From the IMG/VR virus record IMGVR_UViG_3300009528_000004: 50,885 bases of DNA, one strand, 5' to 3'. Source of the DNA: a virus. Shown here one piece after another: positions 48,619-50,885 of the stretch (positions are counted from its first letter, which is position 1; each line of letters opens with the position of its first letter). A program made the translations under genes and the position numbers. The notes beneath the pieces were generated by a model. The model searched no databases. It saw only the letters and a list, made by a program, of their open reading frames with translations, and had not been told where the DNA came from.

Positions 48619-49685
48619 CCAGAAGCTACTCGTATACTCAAATCAGTACATATATAGCCTGCCCGCAAAGCTGGAAATATACTAAAGATAAGCGTCCGAC
48701 TATGGCGTCACCTCTTCTGATACAGGGACGGATACTACATGATAAAGTAGATGAGTATATCAAGTACCTGGTGAAGAATGAGCTGACCTCCGACATCACC
48801 TGGAAAGGATTAACTGAGGGGTTGGATGAGCTACCAGAGGGGCCCGAACTGATGGACAGGTTCGCTAGGTCATTCGTGCTGAATCCTGAGACCCATAGCG
48901 GGAGCGAGGTTGAAATAGCGATAACTAAGGAAGGAGAACAAACCGGCTGGCGGAGTAACGATGTCTGGTTTCGCTTTAAGATTGATAAGGTGGATATAGA
49001 GGAAGATAGGTTGGTAATCACAGACTGGAAATCAGGATGGAATACAGATATAAGTAGATTTCAACTGGAAGTCTATGCCTGGGCACTGAGTTATATTGAT
49101 TTAGCTGGGCCCGGTCACAAAGAATACGATACTATCCTGGTCAAGAATCACTTCATCAGGTACCGAATCGAAAAGTCAGTCGAGATCCCCGTGTCTACTA
49201 TACCAAACATTGAGAAGAAAGTCAGGAAAATTGTGGCAGGAATGGAGGTGGCTAAGAAATTCCCGGCTAAGCCAGGCAGTTTTTGCTCACTGTGCGGGTA
49301 CGCTAGCAAGTGTAGTGAGAGGATGAGCCTAGTGGAGAGGGGCAATCTACCGATAATCGACACAATGGAGAAAGCAGTTGAATACGCCGGTAATGTTTTA
49401 GTATTTCAGCAGAGGTTGAATGCGGTCAGAGATCTACTCAGGGGATTCGTTGACGAGAATGGCAATATACCGCTTGCTACCGGATCATACGGCTACAACC
49501 CGCAGAATACGCTAGAGATACTAGATAAGGAGAAAGTGTACGATGCCCTCTGCGAGCAGGGCATTGATCCCCTAACCTATTTCAATGTCGATAAAATGAC
49601 TATACGCAAAGCCGGACTACCAAAAGAGCTGATCAAGCCGATACAGGAGATCCAATTTGGGTTCAAGAAGAGGAAGGATTCTTAA
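48615..49685 (+). CDS. Cas4/RecB-like PD-(D/E)XK exonuclease with Fe-S cysteines
   Basis: N-terminal 'YIACPQSW' Cys plus C-terminal 'CSLCGYASKC' (C...CxxCx5C). 'VITDWKSG' nuclease motif. Confidence 0.75.
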   Translation: MTRSYSYTQISTYIACPQSWKYTKDKRPTMASPLLIQGRILHDKVDEYIKYLVKNELTSDITWKGLTEGLDELPEGPELMDRFARSFVLNPETHSGSEVEIAITKEGEQTGWRSNDVWFRFKIDKVDIEEDRLVITDWKSGWNTDISRFQLEVYAWALSYIDLAGPGHKEYDTILVKNHFIRYRIEKSVEIPVSTIPNIEKKVRKIVAGMEVAKKFPAKPGSFCSLCGYASKCSERMSLVERGNLPIIDTMEKAVEYAGNVLVFQQRLNAVRDLLRGFVDENGNIPLATGSYGYNPQNTLEILDKEKVYDALCEQGIDPLTYFNVDKMTIRKAGLPKELIKPIQEIQFGFKKRKDS

Positions 49686-49838
49686 ATGGCTTACATAGAT
49701 AACGAAAAATTAGGCAAAATAAAGAACGCCTTGGCTATCATTTTACGAAGTGCATTAGATACCAAACAGGATAATAGAGAGTTAATAATTAGGCAAGTGG
49801 GAGGGATTGGTAAACTACTACCTCAGATAAAATATTGA
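49686..49838 (+). CDS. Small protein (50 aa), paralog A
   Basis: 'MAYIDNEKLGKIKNAL...LLPQIKY'. ATG directly follows the upstream stop. Confidence 0.5.
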   Translation: MAYIDNEKLGKIKNALAIILRSALDTKQDNRELIIRQVGGIGKLLPQIKY

Positions 49839-49845
49839 GAGGTTT

Positions 49846-49909
49846 AGCCCGTCCTGTAGCGCTCTGAAAAGGTAAGTCGTTAGGAGTTCAATCCTTAACA
49901 GGGCGGGCT
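49846..49909 (+). other. Stem-loop: 12-bp stem (one G-U) closing a 40-nt loop with an internal hairpin
   Basis: AGCCCGTCCTGT (49846..49857) pairs with ACAGGGCGGGCT (49898..49909). Followed by 'gaaggagg' and the next ATG. Confidence 0.6.
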
Positions 49910-49925
49910 GAAGGAGGAATAAAGG

Positions 49926-50135
49926 ATGGCCTATATAGATGATGAAAAAGTACTCGATATAAAGAATGCTCTTACGGTGATACAACTTAATACAGACACG
50001 ATTACTGCTCATTGGCATCCTTTTACAATTCGAGAAAAGATGAGAAAAGCTATTAACGAACAGATTAAAAGGGTTAATAGACTGTTACCTAAAATAAAGT
50101 ATGAGAAGAAAGGAGAAAAAGGTGAAAATAGTTGA
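49926..50135 (+). CDS. Small protein (69 aa), paralog B
   Basis: 'MAYIDDEKVLDIKNAL...LLPKIKY' shares both termini with paralog A. Confidence 0.55.
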   Translation: MAYIDDEKVLDIKNALTVIQLNTDTITAHWHPFTIREKMRKAINEQIKRVNRLLPKIKYEKKGEKGENS

Positions 50136-50885
50136 GCTAAAAGCAGAGAACATCAAGAGGATCAAGGCAATCGAGATCAAACCAAAGGACAATTTGGTGA
50201 TAATCTCGGGGAAGAATGATCAGGGTAAATCATCGGTGCTCGATTCGATATGGTACGCTCTTTCATGGGGCGATGGAAAGAAGAAAACACCAAAGCCTAT
50301 AAGGAAGGGTGAGGATAAAGCACAGGTGAGGGTTGACCTGGGGGACATCATCGTCACTAGGAACTGGACGGGAAACGAGAAGAGCTATCTGAAAGTAGAG
50401 AACAAAGAGGGGATGCAGTACAAGTCACCCCAGCAACTCCTGGACAGGTTTATGGGTAAATTATCATTTGACCCCCTGGACTTCTCAAGGCTGAACAGCA
50501 AGGAGCAGGGAGAGACGCTTCTTGAACTCGTAGATTTGAAATTAGATCTGAAGGAGCTAGAAGAGAAAAAGGAAACTATTTATGATGAGAGGACCCTGAA
50601 GAACAGGGAGCTAAAGGCAGTACAGATACAGCTAGAAGAGATGGAAGAGCCGGAGGAAACCCCGGTGTTGGAAATAAGTATAACATCGCTCACTGAGAAG
50701 CTCGAAACCGGAGTTAAGCATAATACCGACATTGAAAACAGACTACATAATCTAGATTTTACCCAGGCGCAGATTGACGAGGATATCGAGAAGATAGGAA
50801 AGCTCAGGAACAGAGTTGAGGACAATAAGGAGAAAATAAAAGCTCATGGAAACTGGCTGAAGGAGAATAAACAGGTTGATGTTGA
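50122..50885 (+). CDS. SMC/RecF-like AAA ATPase, N-terminal part (continues at nt 1..595)
   Basis: GTG start after 'aaaggagaaaaag'. Walker A 'GKNDQGKSS'. The ORF is open to the window end and in phase with 2..595. Confidence 0.85.
   Translation, partial: MKIVELKAENIKRIKAIEIKPKDNLVIISGKNDQGKSSVLDSIWYALSWGDGKKKTPKPIRKGEDKAQVRVDLGDIIVTRNWTGNEKSYLKVENKEGMQYKSPQQLLDRFMGKLSFDPLDFSRLNSKEQGETLLELVDLKLDLKELEEKKETIYDERTLKNRELKAVQIQLEEMEEPEETPVLEISITSLTEKLETGVKHNTDIENRLHNLDFTQAQIDEDIEKIGKLRNRVEDNKEKIKAHGNWLKENKQVDV
50763..50885 (+). repeat. Terminal overlap, copy B (identical to 1..123)
   Basis: Same comparison as copy A. The window ends in the middle of a codon of the ATPase ORF. Confidence 0.97.

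Larger units (their letters stand above)
1..50885. mobile_element. Complete circularly closed temperate tailed-phage genome (siphovirus-like), unique length 50,762 bp
   Basis: Ends overlap by 123 identical nt and one ORF is only complete across the junction. Integrase, CI/Cro-type switch, replication, terminase, portal, capsid, tape measure, tail and lysis modules are all present in canonical order. Confidence 0.9.

Noticed and set aside
49846-49909. tRNA or tRNA fragment, suggested by the 'GGAGTTCAATCC' T-arm-like hairpin inside a long closing stem.
   Set aside because: It is only 64 nt, with no D-arm or anticodon arm, and a 12-bp closing stem instead of a 7-bp acceptor stem. No other tRNA-like T-loop with matching arms was found in the window.

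Overview
The window is one complete, circularly closed genome of a temperate tailed phage. It looks siphovirus-like: a 1479-aa tape measure and no sheath gene. The first 123 nt are identical to the last 123 nt (1..123 = 50763..50885), so the unique unit is 50,762 bp. An SMC/RecF-like ATPase gene reads across that junction. Almost all genes are on the + strand, tightly packed, with AGGAGG-type ribosome-binding sites and frequent ATGA/TAATG start-stop coupling.

Gene order:
- Replication: an O-like initiator carrying a five-iteron origin inside its own gene, then a DnaC-like loader.
- DNA methylation and nuclease block: short C5-MTase, N4/N6-MTase, DUF1064-like nuclease, HNH.
- SAM-centred trio: ParB-MTase fusion, pyruvoyl AdoMet-decarboxylase-like protein, SplB-like radical SAM.
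- Head genes: terS, terL, portal, Mu-F-like protein, XkdF-like protease, scaffold, capsid, connectors.
- An inserted double glycosyltransferase plus double methyltransferase pair.
- Tail genes: terminator, tube, chaperones with a -1 frameshift, tape measure, Dit, LamG-Tal, fibre.
- A minus-strand outer-membrane beta-barrel moron.
- Lysis region: S8 protease and amidase.
- Minus-strand lysogeny block: TA-like pair with its own consensus promoter, tyrosine integrase, and a CI-like repressor operon carrying two passenger genes.
- Cro-side early operon ending in a gp3-like protein, a Cas4-like exonuclease and the junction-spanning ATPase.

I found no rRNA, tRNA or CRISPR array.

Best candidates for undescribed biology:
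- The late-operon glycosyltransferase/methyltransferase island, a possible virion glycan-decoration system.
- The MTase / AdoMetDC / radical-SAM trio, possibly SAM-directed anti-defence or DNA hypermodification.
- The two passenger genes co-transcribed with the repressor and the promoter-equipped TA-like pair, both candidate lysogen-expressed exclusion or defence functions.
- Two promoter / short structured leader / terminator cassettes placed in front of late genes.
- A tail-anchored S8 protease in a lysis region that has no recognisable holin or spanin.

All family assignments come from reading motifs by eye. No database search or folding program was run.
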